64,000 nt of DNA from Phycisphaerae bacterium (GTDB taxonomy: Bacteria > Planctomycetota > Phycisphaerae > UBA1845). The stretch covers positions 608,001-672,000 of the forward strand of contig CAXXGO010000006.1 in the NCBI GenBank assembly GCA_963666835.2, in the 5' to 3' direction. Made by a program: the position numbers and the translations under genes. How positions within the stretch are numbered: the stretch's first letter is position 1; each line of letters begins with the position of its first letter. The notes beneath the pieces were generated by a model that did no database searches, was not told the DNA's origin, and worked only from the letters and a program-made list of their open reading frames with translations. This document shows, one piece after another, positions 21,097-32,271 of this stretch.

Positions 21097-22158
21097 ATGA
21101 AGCTGCGCCCAATCGACAACCCGCCGAACCCATACCTGTCGGAACACGCAGAGTGGTTGGAGCCGCCTCCGCCGGCGCGGGTCGAGGTGTTTGAAGAAAC
21201 GACCAATTCCATCTTGTCGCGGAATGACAGCCCCGACCTTCCGCACACGTGGTCGGTCAATCCGTATCGCGGTTGTCTGCACGCTTGCAGCTACTGCTAC
21301 GCCCGCCGCCTGCACGAGTACCTCGGCTACGGCGCCGGTACCGATTTCGACACGAAGCTGGTGGTCAAGCCGGATGCCCCCCGCCTCCTTCGAAACGCGT
21401 TGACTGCACCGAAGTGGAAACGGGAAGCGGTGCATTTCTCCGGCGCGACGGATTGCTATCAGCCACTCGAGGCGACCTATCAGCTTACCCGCGCCTGTCT
21501 CGAGGTCTGTCTGGACCTGGGCAACCCGGCTTGCATCGTGACGAAATCGTGCCTTGTCATACGTGATGTCGACCTGCTGGCCGAGTTGAACCGGGTCGCC
21601 GCGGCACGCGTGCAGATCAGCATCCCCTTCGCCGATGCCAAAACCAGCCGCCTGATGGAGCCGCAAGCGGCGCTGCCGGAACGACGCTTCGAGGCCGTGC
21701 GGCGTCTGCGCGCAAAGGGGGTGCCCGTGGGGGTGCTTATGGCCCCGATTATCCCCGGCCTCAATGACCGGGACATTCCTCGCATAGTAGAGAAAGCCGC
21801 CGCGGCCGGAGCCCAAGGCGTCAGCTATTCGCCCCTTCGTTTGCCTGGCAATGTGGCCGGCGTCTTCGTCAAGCGTCTAGGCGAAACGATGCCGTTACGC
21901 GCAAACCGTGTTCTCAGCCGAATTCGAGACATCCACGGAGGCGGCTTGAACGACCCTCGTTTCGGAGAGCGCTTCAGCGGCCACGGGCCCTATTGGGACA
22001 GCATTCGCGGCCTCTTTGAGGTTTCGCTGGCCCAGCACGGGTTCGGCAAGGGTGGGCTCTCGCCTTGTGTAGATTGTCTCGCCAACCGCGTCCCTGATTC
22101 GACCGGTGGTAAGACAGAGAGAACGGGCGAACAACTAAAGTTTGACTTTGAACAGTAA
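21097..22158 (+). CDS. Radical SAM protein, PA0069/Rv2578c (SplB-like) family
   Basis: NPYRGCLHACSYCYAR (CxxxCxxC), TDCYQP, IVTKS. Confidence 0.92.
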   Translation: MKLRPIDNPPNPYLSEHAEWLEPPPPARVEVFEETTNSILSRNDSPDLPHTWSVNPYRGCLHACSYCYARRLHEYLGYGAGTDFDTKLVVKPDAPRLLRNALTAPKWKREAVHFSGATDCYQPLEATYQLTRACLEVCLDLGNPACIVTKSCLVIRDVDLLAELNRVAAARVQISIPFADAKTSRLMEPQAALPERRFEAVRRLRAKGVPVGVLMAPIIPGLNDRDIPRIVEKAAAAGAQGVSYSPLRLPGNVAGVFVKRLGETMPLRANRVLSRIRDIHGGGLNDPRFGERFSGHGPYWDSIRGLFEVSLAQHGFGKGGLSPCVDCLANRVPDSTGGKTERTGEQLKFDFEQ

Positions 22159-22684
22159 CGGTTGCCCCCGTGTCTTATGAACGGGCGATTGCGGCCAGAT
22201 TGGCGTCGTCTCCGAGCGTCAATGTCGAGCGTGCGAAGTACCGGACTGTGCCGGCTATGGTCGGCGTCCGCGGGACCTGTCTTGTGCGGCAGGGCCTGCC
22301 CGCCGGTCTAGGGTTTACGGTATGGGGTCCCCCGCATTCCCGAACCCGAGGTTGTTGGCACCGAAGCCCAGCCTTTGCCGATCTCGGTCGATGTACTGAG
22401 TAGCAGTACGGCGCAGCCCGGCAGCTTTGGAAGAGAATCAGCGCGCGGGCGGCGACATCTCCCCGCGAGCGGCGACTGGCGCTGCAGGGGGGGTGGTATA
22501 CCATCACACACTTCGTAACGCGCGAGTGAGGTCGTCCGGAGAACTTGTTTTGTCCGTCACCAAAGAGAATCCTCCTGCCGGTTGGCGCGGTCGAGTGGCG
22601 GGACAAGAAGTCGGCTCGGAGTCCGGCCGCGCACTTGCGGTAGAGCAACATGATCCTGCGGCAATCCCGGATACTGCCGGGGCT

Positions 22685-23890
22685 GTGGATGTCAACCTCA
22701 CTCCGAGAACAGGGCATCAGGTTATAAGACCCGCACCGGCTCAGACGGTCCTCACGATAGACGACGACCCCGCCGTTCGTGAGAGTATCGCGGCGTACCT
22801 GAGGGACTGCGACTTCAGAACGATCGAGGCGGACAACGGCGTGGCAGGTATCCGTCTCTTCCAGGAGGCGCGTCCTGATCTGGTTCTGGTAGACCTGCGT
22901 ATGCCCGAGGCGGACGGGTTCGAGGTTCTCTCTGCGATCACCCGGCGCGCCCCCCAGACCCCGATTATCGTGGTTTCGGGTACGGGGGTGATCGCCGATG
23001 CCGTCGAAGCTCTGCGCTCCGGCGCCTGGGACTACGTTCTGAAGCCCATCGAGGATATGGGAGTGCTGCTCCACTCCGTCCAACGCTGCCTCGAGCGGGC
23101 TCGCCTCCGCCGGGAGAACGAAGCCTACCAAAGGCACCTCGAAGAAACGCTCAAGAAGATCAAGGATGACGAAGAGGCCGGGCGTAAGATTCAGAGCAAA
23201 CTCCTTCCGCCCGCCATCAGCGTTCTGGGCCCCTATTCACTTACCCGGCACGTGATGCCCTCGATGGACCTCAGCGGTGACTTCGTCGACTACTTCAACA
23301 TTGATGACGAACACGTGGCATTCTACACCGCCGACGTTTCCGGGCACGGCGTGTCCTCCGCCCTGGTCACGGTTCTTCTCAAAAGCTTCATTCGCAAACA
23401 GTTGGAACGACACGCCAACCGCAACGGCGATACGATTCTAAGGCCGGGAGCCCTTCTGCAGATGTTCAATGAAGAGCTCCTGGAAGAAGATCTCGACAAG
23501 CACGTCACCATGTTGTACGGCGTGTTGCACGTCCCTGAAAACACCCTGACGTTTGCCAACGGCGGGCAGTTTCCGTATCCTATCATCTGGAGCAATCATA
23601 CTTGCGAGACCATCAAGGAGAAGGGCCGCGCCGTCGGCCTCTTTCCCCGGGTGACTTTTCAAGACGTCCACCGACCACTTCCCGAGCAGTTCCTTCTCGC
23701 AGTGTTCTCCGACGGGGTGCTTGACGTTCTTCCCCAGCCGACTCTGGCGGAGAAGCTCGGGTTCCTCGAAAAACTCGGAAGCGAAACCACCATCGCCGAC
23801 TTCGTCACCCGGCTCAGATCTCACACGGACCTTCCGGACGACATTACCGTGCTGACTATCAAAAGAGGTAACGCCAATGGCTCCGAATAA
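22685..23890 (+). CDS. Response regulator fused to SpoIIE/PP2C phosphatase (RsbU/RssB-like)
   Basis: REC (IDDD, VDLRMP, KP) plus SGDF, ADVSGHG, FSDG, DDIT; start uncertain (GTG 22685 chosen). Confidence 0.88.
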   Translation: MDVNLTPRTGHQVIRPAPAQTVLTIDDDPAVRESIAAYLRDCDFRTIEADNGVAGIRLFQEARPDLVLVDLRMPEADGFEVLSAITRRAPQTPIIVVSGTGVIADAVEALRSGAWDYVLKPIEDMGVLLHSVQRCLERARLRRENEAYQRHLEETLKKIKDDEEAGRKIQSKLLPPAISVLGPYSLTRHVMPSMDLSGDFVDYFNIDDEHVAFYTADVSGHGVSSALVTVLLKSFIRKQLERHANRNGDTILRPGALLQMFNEELLEEDLDKHVTMLYGVLHVPENTLTFANGGQFPYPIIWSNHTCETIKEKGRAVGLFPRVTFQDVHRPLPEQFLLAVFSDGVLDVLPQPTLAEKLGFLEKLGSETTIADFVTRLRSHTDLPDDITVLTIKRGNANGSE

Positions 23891-24413
23891 GATCCTCCAC
23901 GCTGAGCACGGTCATCAGTGCTTCGTCAAGATGGTCGGGGAGATTCGCCACCCTCTTAGTCCGAGCCTGGACGCTTTTATCAACCAGGTTTTTCATGACG
24001 GGAAGACAAACACCTTCGTCATCGACCTGAGCGAAACTCGCTTCATCGACAGCACGAATCTGGGCCTGTTGGCCAAGATCGCCCGCCAGACCATGCAGAA
24101 CAAATGGGATCCGCCCATCCTGGTGTCCGGCAGCGAGGAGGTCGATGCCGTCCTCGAGAGCATGGGGTTTGACGAGGCCTTCACCGTAGTCGGTTCCGCC
24201 GGCTGTCCCGGGGAAGAACTCCACGAAACGCCGGCCGCCGATGTCGAAGTCCAAGCCCGAGCCCGCCTCATTCTCGAAGCTCATCGAGCGCTGGCGGACA
24301 TGAACGACACCTGCCGGGACATGTTCCACGACGTAGTGGAAATGTTCGAAAGAGAGGTTGCTTCTCAAAGTCGCCCGTCGGATACTAAAACAACAGTCTT
24401 GGAGAACGACTGA
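23877..24413 (+). CDS. STAS-domain anti-sigma-factor antagonist
   Basis: IDLSETRFIDSTNLG with the phospho-acceptor Ser; overlaps the phosphatase stop. Confidence 0.88.
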   Translation: MAPNKILHAEHGHQCFVKMVGEIRHPLSPSLDAFINQVFHDGKTNTFVIDLSETRFIDSTNLGLLAKIARQTMQNKWDPPILVSGSEEVDAVLESMGFDEAFTVVGSAGCPGEELHETPAADVEVQARARLILEAHRALADMNDTCRDMFHDVVEMFEREVASQSRPSDTKTTVLEND

Positions 24414-27400
24414 TGCGGATTCCCGCTCGCAGCCTCCAGATTATTGCTCCGGCCGCGCTTTCGGTGGCGCTGTTCTGGCTTGCCCTCTTTCACATCCTGC
24501 TCCCGTCGCTCGAACGCGACATCATGACCCGAAAGCGCAATATGCTCCGGGAGATGACGACGGTAACCTGGACGCTTCTGCGAGATTACGAGGAGCGTGT
24601 GGCCAGCGGCGAGCTTACTCTCGAGGACGCCCAGTCCCGTGCCGCGAAGCGCCTCCGTAACATTCGTTACGGACCGGAGGGGAAAGACTACTTCTGGATC
24701 AATGACATGGACTCAATCATGGTCATGCATCCGTACCGCAATGATCTGGAAGGGAAGAACATCTCGAAGATTGCCGACCCGAACGGCAAATTGATCTTCG
24801 TCGAGGTCATCGAAACCGTCAAAGCCAAGGAGGCCGGCTTCGTCGAGTACGGGTGGCAATGGAAGGACGACGCCACGCGCATTGTCCCGAAACTGTCATA
24901 CGTTCGAGGATTCGCACCTTGGGGATGGATCATCGGGACCGGCATGTACCTGGAAGACGTGCGCATGGAGATTGCCGCCGTTACCGGGAGGTTGACCCGA
25001 GTATGCCTGATGATCCTGGCCGCGGTCAGCGCGCTCTCGTTGTATGTGGTTTGCCACAGCGCCACAATCGAGCGAAAACGCAGACAAGCGGAAGCGGAGT
25101 TGACCGACTATCGCGATCATCTCGAGGAACTCGTCGAAACGAGAACAACAGAACTTGCGGCCACTCACGAGGCGTTACGCGAATCAGAACGCCGACTTGC
25201 CGACATCGTCGACTTCCTTCCGGAGGCGACCTTCGTAATCGACCGCCGCGGAGTTGTTATAACCTGGAATCGGGCGATGACGGAACTGACCGGCGTTGCC
25301 GCCGAAGAGATGCTCGGCCGGGGGGATTATGAATACGCACTGCACTTCTATGGCGAGCGCCGGCCGATGTTGATAGACGAGGCTCTGGACCCCGAACGCG
25401 GTGCTACGGCTTACTATCCCGCCATGGAGCAGCAGGGTGACATCCTTACGACTGAGGGCTTCGCGACCACGTTTCGAGGAGGGGCTCATCTGTGGGGCAT
25501 GGCCACCGCGCTGCGCGACTCTCAGGGAAGAGTCGTCGGGGCGATCGAATCGATTCGCGATACCACCTCCCGCGTGCAGGCCGAAGAGGAACTCTCCAAG
25601 CACCGCGAACATCTCGAGGAGATGGTCAGCGAGCGAACGGCAGAACTGGCCAACGCCAACGAGCAGCTTCGCCAAGAGATCGCCGATCGCCGGCGGGCAG
25701 AGGAGGCTCTAAGCAAGGAGGAAGAACGCTACCGGACGATCGTCGAGACCGCCGGGGAGGGCGTTTGGATCCTTGACAAAGACGAACGCACCTCGTTCGT
25801 CAATCGACAAATGGCGGCAATGATCGGGTACTCCATCGAGGAGATCATCGGTCGCCGTGTCACAGACTTTCTCGACGAGGAGGACCGCGCCGACTTCCTT
25901 TCCCGGCGCAAGCCGCGTCGAGAGGGAGTGAATGAGCAGTACGACTTGCGTTTTCGCCGGAAGGACGGATCCGACGTTTGGACGATCATCAACGCCAGCC
26001 CGATACTCGATGCAGACAGGTGTTTCGCCGGCGCCTTCGGTATGATCATGGATATCACTGACCGGAAGCACGCCGAGAACGCCCTCCGCGAGAGTGAGGA
26101 GAAGTTCCGTCTGCTCTCTGATCAAGCTCTCATGGGTATTCACATCATCCGCGACGGCGTGCTCGAGTACGTCAACCAGGCAACCGCCGCTATGTGCGGG
26201 TACTCGGTGGCCGAGATGTTGAGCTGGGCACCCAACGAGTTCATCAAGGTAATTCACCCCGATGATCGACCCATGGTCATGGAACAGGCGCGGCGAAAAC
26301 AGAATGGCAGCAGTGATGTTGTCCTCAATTATGAATGGCGTCTGCTCACATCGTCAGGCTTGGTCCGGAGAGTCGAGTCGTTTTCGAAGACAATAACTTA
26401 TGGCGACGCTCCTGCTGATTTTGTGATGATGATCGACGTCACCGAGCGACGGCAAGCAGAGGAGGCCATGCTGGAATCTCAGCGGCGCTATCGGGAGGTC
26501 TTCGAAGGCAGCCGCGACGGCTTCGTGATCGTGGACACGCAGGGGCGGATCACCGATGCCAACCAGGCCTATTGCGAAATGGTAGGGTATTCGCTCGATG
26601 AGCTGCGTAGTATGAAGGACTTCTACCAAATAACGCCGCAGCGCTGGCACGACTGGGAGCAGAGCGAGATCTTCAGACACCGGCTGCTCCAAATAGGATA
26701 CTCCGGCGTCTACGAGAAGGAGTACATGCGAAGCGATGGGAACATCATCCCTGTGGAAATCCAGGCGTATGCCCACCGCGACGAACACGGGAATCCACTC
26801 TACCTGTGGGGGATTGCCCGAGATATTACCGAACGCCGGCGGGCGGAGGACGATCTTGCGGCAACTACGTCGTTCCTCGATACCATTGTTGATATGAGCC
26901 CATTCCCCATGTGGGTGTCCGACCCCGCAGGAACGCTCATAAGGACCAACCACTCACTTCGCGAAGCTCTGAACCTGACGGAGAAACAGCTCGTCGGTGT
27001 TTACAATGTACTCGCGGATGCCAACCTCGATGCCCAGGGATTGAAACCCGCGGTGGTAGACGTCTTCGAGAAGCACGAGCCCGCGCGCTTCAGTATGTCG
27101 TGGAAGCCCGGGGAGGTCGGCAACATCGACTTCGGCGGCGCACGCGATCGATATGTCGACATATCCATGTTCCCGATCCTAAGCGCCGCCGGCGAGCTGA
27201 CGAACGTAGTGTGTCAGTGGGTGGACATCACCGAGCGCCATCGGGCTGAAGAGGAACTGCGCCGGCTCCGCAACTACCTTAGCAACGTTATCGACTCCAT
27301 GCCTTCCATTATGATTGGCGTCGACGCTGAAGGCCGGGTCACGCAATGGAACCGTCAGGCGGAGCAAGCTACCGGCATGCCGCTCGGGCAAGCTCAAGGA

Positions 27401-28486
27401 CAACTGTTGAACGCCGTTTATCCCCCAATTCAATCTGCCATGGTCATGGTTGACCAGGCCGTGCGCTCCGGTCAAGCCCGGAAGGACCCCAAAGTCGTGC
27501 AGGAGATCGCAGGAGAGAGACGCTTCTGCGACATCACGGTCTACCCGCTGGTTACCGACGGCAACCAGGGGGCCGTGGTCCGGGTTGACGACGTGACCGA
27601 CCGGGTGCGGATCGAGGAGATTATGGTACAAACCGAGAAGATGATGTCCGTCGGCGGGCTTGCGGCCGGTATGGCTCACGAAATCAACAACCCTCTCGGC
27701 GGAATCATCCAGGGCGCTCAGAACATAGAACGCCGCCTGTCTCCGGAGTTGGCGATGAATGCCGAGGTCGCTCGCGAGTGCGGGCTGAATCTCGACACTA
27801 TGCGGCTCTACCTGGAGAAACGGGAGATTCCCAAGTTCCTGGCGGGCATTCGCGAGTCCGGCGCCCGCGCCGCGCGGATCGTTGCGAATATGCTCCAGTT
27901 CAGCCGAAAGAGCGAGCCTCACCGGGTGCCGGCCGATCTGGCTGAGCTGATCGACCGCACCGTCGAGTTGGCGGCCAACGACTACGACCTCAAGAAGAAA
28001 TTCGACTTCAGGCATATAGAAATCGTCCGCGATTACGACCCGGATCTCCCGCACGTGCCGGTCGTCACGACGGAGATAGAGCAAGTAATCCTGAACCTCC
28101 TGAGAAACGCCGCCCATGCCGTGCAGCAAGCCCCCGGCAACCGGCATCCTCGGTTTGTGCTTCGAACCAGGCTTGCGGGCGACATGGCCCGGATCGAGAT
28201 CGAGGACAACGGCCCCGGTATGTCCGAAGAGGTTCGGCGACGAGTGTTCGAGCCGTTCTTCACTACGAAGACCGTCGGTACCGGTACCGGACTCGGCCTG
28301 TCGGTCTCGTATATGATTATTACTAACAACCATCAGGGCAGAATGGTCGTGGAATCAGCTCCGGGAATCGGAGCGCGGTTCATTATCGAACTGCCCCTGG
28401 CGCACCGTGAATCCGGGACGGCAGCACTTCTGGAGAAGGTCGGTGTGTCCCGAACCGACGAGACTTCAAGGTCTCTCCCGGGATGA
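24413..28486 (+). CDS. sCache_2 + multi-PAS sensor histidine kinase
   Basis: RYG..DYFWIND..MVMHP (Cache_2), two TM, about 6 PAS, MAHEINNP, FEPFFTTK, GTGLGLS. Confidence 0.92.
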   Translation: MRIPARSLQIIAPAALSVALFWLALFHILLPSLERDIMTRKRNMLREMTTVTWTLLRDYEERVASGELTLEDAQSRAAKRLRNIRYGPEGKDYFWINDMDSIMVMHPYRNDLEGKNISKIADPNGKLIFVEVIETVKAKEAGFVEYGWQWKDDATRIVPKLSYVRGFAPWGWIIGTGMYLEDVRMEIAAVTGRLTRVCLMILAAVSALSLYVVCHSATIERKRRQAEAELTDYRDHLEELVETRTTELAATHEALRESERRLADIVDFLPEATFVIDRRGVVITWNRAMTELTGVAAEEMLGRGDYEYALHFYGERRPMLIDEALDPERGATAYYPAMEQQGDILTTEGFATTFRGGAHLWGMATALRDSQGRVVGAIESIRDTTSRVQAEEELSKHREHLEEMVSERTAELANANEQLRQEIADRRRAEEALSKEEERYRTIVETAGEGVWILDKDERTSFVNRQMAAMIGYSIEEIIGRRVTDFLDEEDRADFLSRRKPRREGVNEQYDLRFRRKDGSDVWTIINASPILDADRCFAGAFGMIMDITDRKHAENALRESEEKFRLLSDQALMGIHIIRDGVLEYVNQATAAMCGYSVAEMLSWAPNEFIKVIHPDDRPMVMEQARRKQNGSSDVVLNYEWRLLTSSGLVRRVESFSKTITYGDAPADFVMMIDVTERRQAEEAMLESQRRYREVFEGSRDGFVIVDTQGRITDANQAYCEMVGYSLDELRSMKDFYQITPQRWHDWEQSEIFRHRLLQIGYSGVYEKEYMRSDGNIIPVEIQAYAHRDEHGNPLYLWGIARDITERRRAEDDLAATTSFLDTIVDMSPFPMWVSDPAGTLIRTNHSLREALNLTEKQLVGVYNVLADANLDAQGLKPAVVDVFEKHEPARFSMSWKPGEVGNIDFGGARDRYVDISMFPILSAAGELTNVVCQWVDITERHRAEEELRRLRNYLSNVIDSMPSIMIGVDAEGRVTQWNRQAEQATGMPLGQAQGQLLNAVYPPIQSAMVMVDQAVRSGQARKDPKVVQEIAGERRFCDITVYPLVTDGNQGAVVRVDDVTDRVRIEEIMVQTEKMMSVGGLAAGMAHEINNPLGGIIQGAQNIERRLSPELAMNAEVARECGLNLDTMRLYLEKREIPKFLAGIRESGARAARIVANMLQFSRKSEPHRVPADLAELIDRTVELAANDYDLKKKFDFRHIEIVRDYDPDLPHVPVVTTEIEQVILNLLRNAAHAVQQAPGNRHPRFVLRTRLAGDMARIEIEDNGPGMSEEVRRRVFEPFFTTKTVGTGTGLGLSVSYMIITNNHQGRMVVESAPGIGARFIIELPLAHRESGTAALLEKVGVSRTDETSRSLPG

Positions 28487-28615
28487 GCCGGATTTTGACA
28501 TGCGGGAACCTCGACCGATCGTTACGGCAATAGGACTCTCATCCATGACCGAGGAAGGCTGCAAACAGAATCCGGCAATATCGTCGTTCATTGAACCTCG
28601 GAAGGAAACCGCGGA

Positions 28616-31600
28616 ATGAGCTTGCCGATTCGCTGGAAAGTAGCTCTTTTCACGGTTCTGCCCGTTCTCGGTGTCTATTCGGCGTTCATGGTCCTCGACG
28701 CTTCCGAGGGGCGAAGTCTTACGGAAGCCAATGCCAAGTGGCGTCTGAATGAACTCGCCCAACACGGCGCGCGGCTCTTCGACAGTCGCCTGCGCGGAAC
28801 CGCGCGTTGCGCGCGGATGACTGCCGCCTACATCGAGAACCACCCGCACCTGACGTCGGATGAGATATACGTCCTGCTTCAAGCCAATCTCGAGATAAGC
28901 CCCCTGGTGTACGGCTCCGCTATCTGTTTCGAACCTTACCAATACGACTCTAATCAGCGCGTAGTGGTGCGTTACGTTTTTCGGGACGGCGAGTCCTTGC
29001 GGCGAGTCGATCCCGCAGCCACCGGGTACGACTACACCACCGAGAACCAACAATACTGGCACGTCCCCAGAGACACCGGCAAGCCGCTGTGGACCGAGCC
29101 CTATTACGACGAAGGTGGCGGCAACATCCTGATGAGCACGTACTCCGTACCCTTCTTCCGCAACGGTGAATTCTGGGGCGTCGCCACGGTTGATATCCCC
29201 CTGGAACCGCTCCGGGAGCTGGCCAATGTTCCCATGCCGGAGCAGCATGCCCCCACGATCATCACTAGGAAAGGCACCTTCGTCTTCAGCCCGGTGCACG
29301 AGAGGATAAACCGGTCGATCTTCGAAATGTTCGATTCGGACGCCGGGGATGAGAGGATCGAACTCGCCAAGGCGATTGCCGCCGGCCAAAGCGGCATAAC
29401 GAGAGTGTCCGGCTGGGTCTCCGACGAACCCGAGTGGGCCGCACATGCGCCGATGGACTCAACCCAATGGGGTTTCGTGGTCAGCGTTCCCGAGCGAACC
29501 GCTATGGCGGCGGTTCGCGGTCAAGCCCGTCGCAACTACCTCGCCACGGGCACCGTCTTGGTTCTGGTTGTTGTCGGCCTCTGGTTCTTCTCCGTCCACA
29601 TATCAATGCCTATCACCAGTCTTGCGCGCGCCGTCAAAGCGATTGCCGCCGGAGATGTGGATGCAAGGGCCGAGAAGACGGGCGATGATGAGATCGGGCT
29701 TCTGGCAGATAGCTTCAACGACATGGCCGGGCGCATCGCCGAGCGCGAGAAAGCCCTCCGCGAAAGCGAGGAGCGTTTTCGGGCGATCGCGGAAGACACC
29801 CCGGTTCCGGTTTGTCGGTTCCTGCCCGGGGGCGTAATCACCTACGTCAACGCCGCGTTCTGCCGGAGTTTCGCCAAAACGTCCGAAGAACTGGTCGGGC
29901 AGACTTTTCTGCCGTTGATTCCGGAGGCGGACCGCGAAACCGTCATGGCCGACATCGCGATGTTGACGGTTGAGTCGCCGACGCAATCTCACGAGCACCG
30001 AGTTATCGCTGCCAACGGGGAGATTCGCTGGCACCGCTGGACGAACCGGGCGATCTTCGATGCCGCAGAGCAAGCCGTCGCCTACCAGGCCATCGGTCAG
30101 GACGTCACCGAGCGTAAACGCGCAGAAGAGGAGCATCTGGCCCACCTTCACTACTTGGAGAGTATGGAACGAATCGATCAAGCAATCCGGTCAACAACCA
30201 ATCTTGAGCAGATGCTGACCGATGTGCTTGACACGACCCTTTCGGTTTTCCAATGCGATCGAGCCTGGTTATTGTATCCATGCGATCCGAGCGCCACGAG
30301 CTGGCAAGTTCCCATGGAGAGTACGCGCCCGGAGTACCCGGGAGTCCACGCCTTGGGCGTCGACATGCCGATGAACGCCGATTTGGCGAAAGCCCTTCAG
30401 ACGCTGTTGGACACTGACGGGCCGGTACGCTATGACCCCCAAAGCGATAGCCAATTAGGCGCGGAAGCCGCCGAGCCGTACGGCATCAAGTCGCAGTTGT
30501 GCATGGCCGTGTACCCCAAGCAGGATAAACCCTGGGTCTTTGGTTTGCATCAATGTTCCCATGGCCGGGTGTGGACGGAACCGGATCAGAGGATCTTCCA
30601 GGAGATCGGTCGTCGAATCGCGGATGCTACCAGTAGCCTGGTATTCCTGCGCAACCTCGAAGCAAGCGAAAGGCGCTTCCGCACCCTGGTTTCGAACATC
30701 CCCGGGGCGGTGTACGAGTCTGAAAACGACCCGCAGTGGACGGTGCACTTCATTAGCGATGCTATTGAGGGAATCTCGGGCTACCCCGCCGCGGAGTTCG
30801 TGCAGAACCGGGTCCGGGCTTATGCCGACGTCATCCACCCCGACGATGTCGAGCTGGTCGATCGGGGCGTCCAGCAGGGTATTCGAGATCACGAGCCCTT
30901 CATGCTCGAGTATCGTATCATCGCCGCGGACGGAGTCATCCGGTGGGTCTACGAGAAGGGTAGGGGAGTGTGGAACGATGCCGGAGAACTGACCTGCCTC
31001 AACGGCGTCATTTTTGACATTACCGAACACCGGGAGGCATTCGAAGAGATTCGGCATCTTCGCAACTACCTCAAGAATGTCATCGATTCCATGCCGTCCG
31101 TGTTGATCGGCGTGGATGCCGAGGGCGTGATCACTCAGTGGAATCTGGCGGCGGAGCGTGCCACTAGCATGTCATCCGATGAAGCCGCCGGGCAACCTCT
31201 TGCGCGGGCATTCCCGCGCCTCGGCGATGTGATGGAGTCGGTTCATGAATCGATGCTTCAGCGCCAGACCGTATCTCTGCCCAGGCGGGTCCGGCGCGAC
31301 GGCGGCGAGACGCGATTCGAAGACGTGACTGTCTTCCCCCTGATCGCCAGCGACGTCAAAGGTGCCGTTATCCGCGTGGACGATGTCACTGACCGTGTGC
31401 GGATCGAAGAGATGATGGTCCAGACCGAGAAGATGATGTCCGTCGGTGGGCTCGCGGCCGGCATGGCCCACGAAATCAACAATCCCCTCGGCGGGATCAT
31501 CCAGGGAGCGCAGAACATCCAGCGACGCGTCTCGTCGGATCTTCCGAAGAACGTCGCCGTCGCCGCCGAGTGCGGCGTTGATCTGGAGGCCATGCGCGCC

Positions 31601-32197
31601 TACCTCGAGAAACGCGACATTCTCCGATTCCTGAGCGGCATTCGCGAATCCGGAGCCCGCGCCGCCCGCATTGTCGGAAACATGCTCCAATTCAGCCGCC
31701 GAAGCGACTCACACCGAACTCCATCCGATTTGTCTGAGCTGATCGACAATACGCTCGAGTTGGCCTCCAGTGACTATGATCTCCGCCGAGGCTTCGACTT
31801 CCGCTACATAGAACTTATCCGTGAGTATGACCCCGACTTGCCGACCGTATCGGTGGTGGCTCCTGAAATCGAACAAGTGCTTCTGAACATCCTGAGAAAC
31901 GCCGCCCAGGCGATGCTGGCCGACTCCGAAACCAAGAAGCCCCGGCTGATCCTCCGGACGATGTCCGTCGGTGACATGGCCCGCATCGAAATCGAGGACA
32001 ACGGCCCCGGAATGCCCGACGAGGTCCGCCGCCGGGTGTTCGAACCGTTTTATACCACCAAGCCTGTAGGTACTGGGACCGGGCTCGGACTATCGGTATC
32101 CTATATGATCGTAACGAACAACCACGGGGGCCGCATGACGGTGGAATCGACACCGAAGAGGGGAGCGAAGTTCGTGATCGAGTTGCCGCTACGGTGA
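28616..32197 (+). CDS. dCache-HAMP-PAS-GAF-PAS sensor histidine kinase
   Basis: WTEPYYD (dCache), DEIGLLADSFNDM (HAMP), GAF, MAHEINNP. Confidence 0.92.
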   Translation: MSLPIRWKVALFTVLPVLGVYSAFMVLDASEGRSLTEANAKWRLNELAQHGARLFDSRLRGTARCARMTAAYIENHPHLTSDEIYVLLQANLEISPLVYGSAICFEPYQYDSNQRVVVRYVFRDGESLRRVDPAATGYDYTTENQQYWHVPRDTGKPLWTEPYYDEGGGNILMSTYSVPFFRNGEFWGVATVDIPLEPLRELANVPMPEQHAPTIITRKGTFVFSPVHERINRSIFEMFDSDAGDERIELAKAIAAGQSGITRVSGWVSDEPEWAAHAPMDSTQWGFVVSVPERTAMAAVRGQARRNYLATGTVLVLVVVGLWFFSVHISMPITSLARAVKAIAAGDVDARAEKTGDDEIGLLADSFNDMAGRIAEREKALRESEERFRAIAEDTPVPVCRFLPGGVITYVNAAFCRSFAKTSEELVGQTFLPLIPEADRETVMADIAMLTVESPTQSHEHRVIAANGEIRWHRWTNRAIFDAAEQAVAYQAIGQDVTERKRAEEEHLAHLHYLESMERIDQAIRSTTNLEQMLTDVLDTTLSVFQCDRAWLLYPCDPSATSWQVPMESTRPEYPGVHALGVDMPMNADLAKALQTLLDTDGPVRYDPQSDSQLGAEAAEPYGIKSQLCMAVYPKQDKPWVFGLHQCSHGRVWTEPDQRIFQEIGRRIADATSSLVFLRNLEASERRFRTLVSNIPGAVYESENDPQWTVHFISDAIEGISGYPAAEFVQNRVRAYADVIHPDDVELVDRGVQQGIRDHEPFMLEYRIIAADGVIRWVYEKGRGVWNDAGELTCLNGVIFDITEHREAFEEIRHLRNYLKNVIDSMPSVLIGVDAEGVITQWNLAAERATSMSSDEAAGQPLARAFPRLGDVMESVHESMLQRQTVSLPRRVRRDGGETRFEDVTVFPLIASDVKGAVIRVDDVTDRVRIEEMMVQTEKMMSVGGLAAGMAHEINNPLGGIIQGAQNIQRRVSSDLPKNVAVAAECGVDLEAMRAYLEKRDILRFLSGIRESGARAARIVGNMLQFSRRSDSHRTPSDLSELIDNTLELASSDYDLRRGFDFRYIELIREYDPDLPTVSVVAPEIEQVLLNILRNAAQAMLADSETKKPRLILRTMSVGDMARIEIEDNGPGMPDEVRRRVFEPFYTTKPVGTGTGLGLSVSYMIVTNNHGGRMTVESTPKRGAKFVIELPLR

Positions 32198-32253
32198 CAG
32201 GTAAGCGACGATTGCCGCGACCAGACTGGTCTTAGAAGGTAACGCGAGTGTGC

Positions 32254-32271
32254 CACTGCTCTTGAGCAGTG
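32254..32271. promoter_or_regulatory. 18-bp palindrome, possible operator or hairpin
   Basis: CACTGCTC-TT-GAGCAGTG in the intergenic region before the third kinase. Confidence 0.3.

Noticed and set aside
19192..22158. MTase + radical SAM + DinB as a DNA-modification defence system
   Set aside because: Divergent orientation, each gene is a common solitary family, and no nuclease or ATPase partner is present.
22427..22684. Long N-terminal extension of the REC-PP2C ORF (likewise for the GNAT, serA-like, DinB, Hsp20 and thyX ORFs)
   Set aside because: Low-complexity upstream read-through; downstream starts fit domain boundaries or RBS better.
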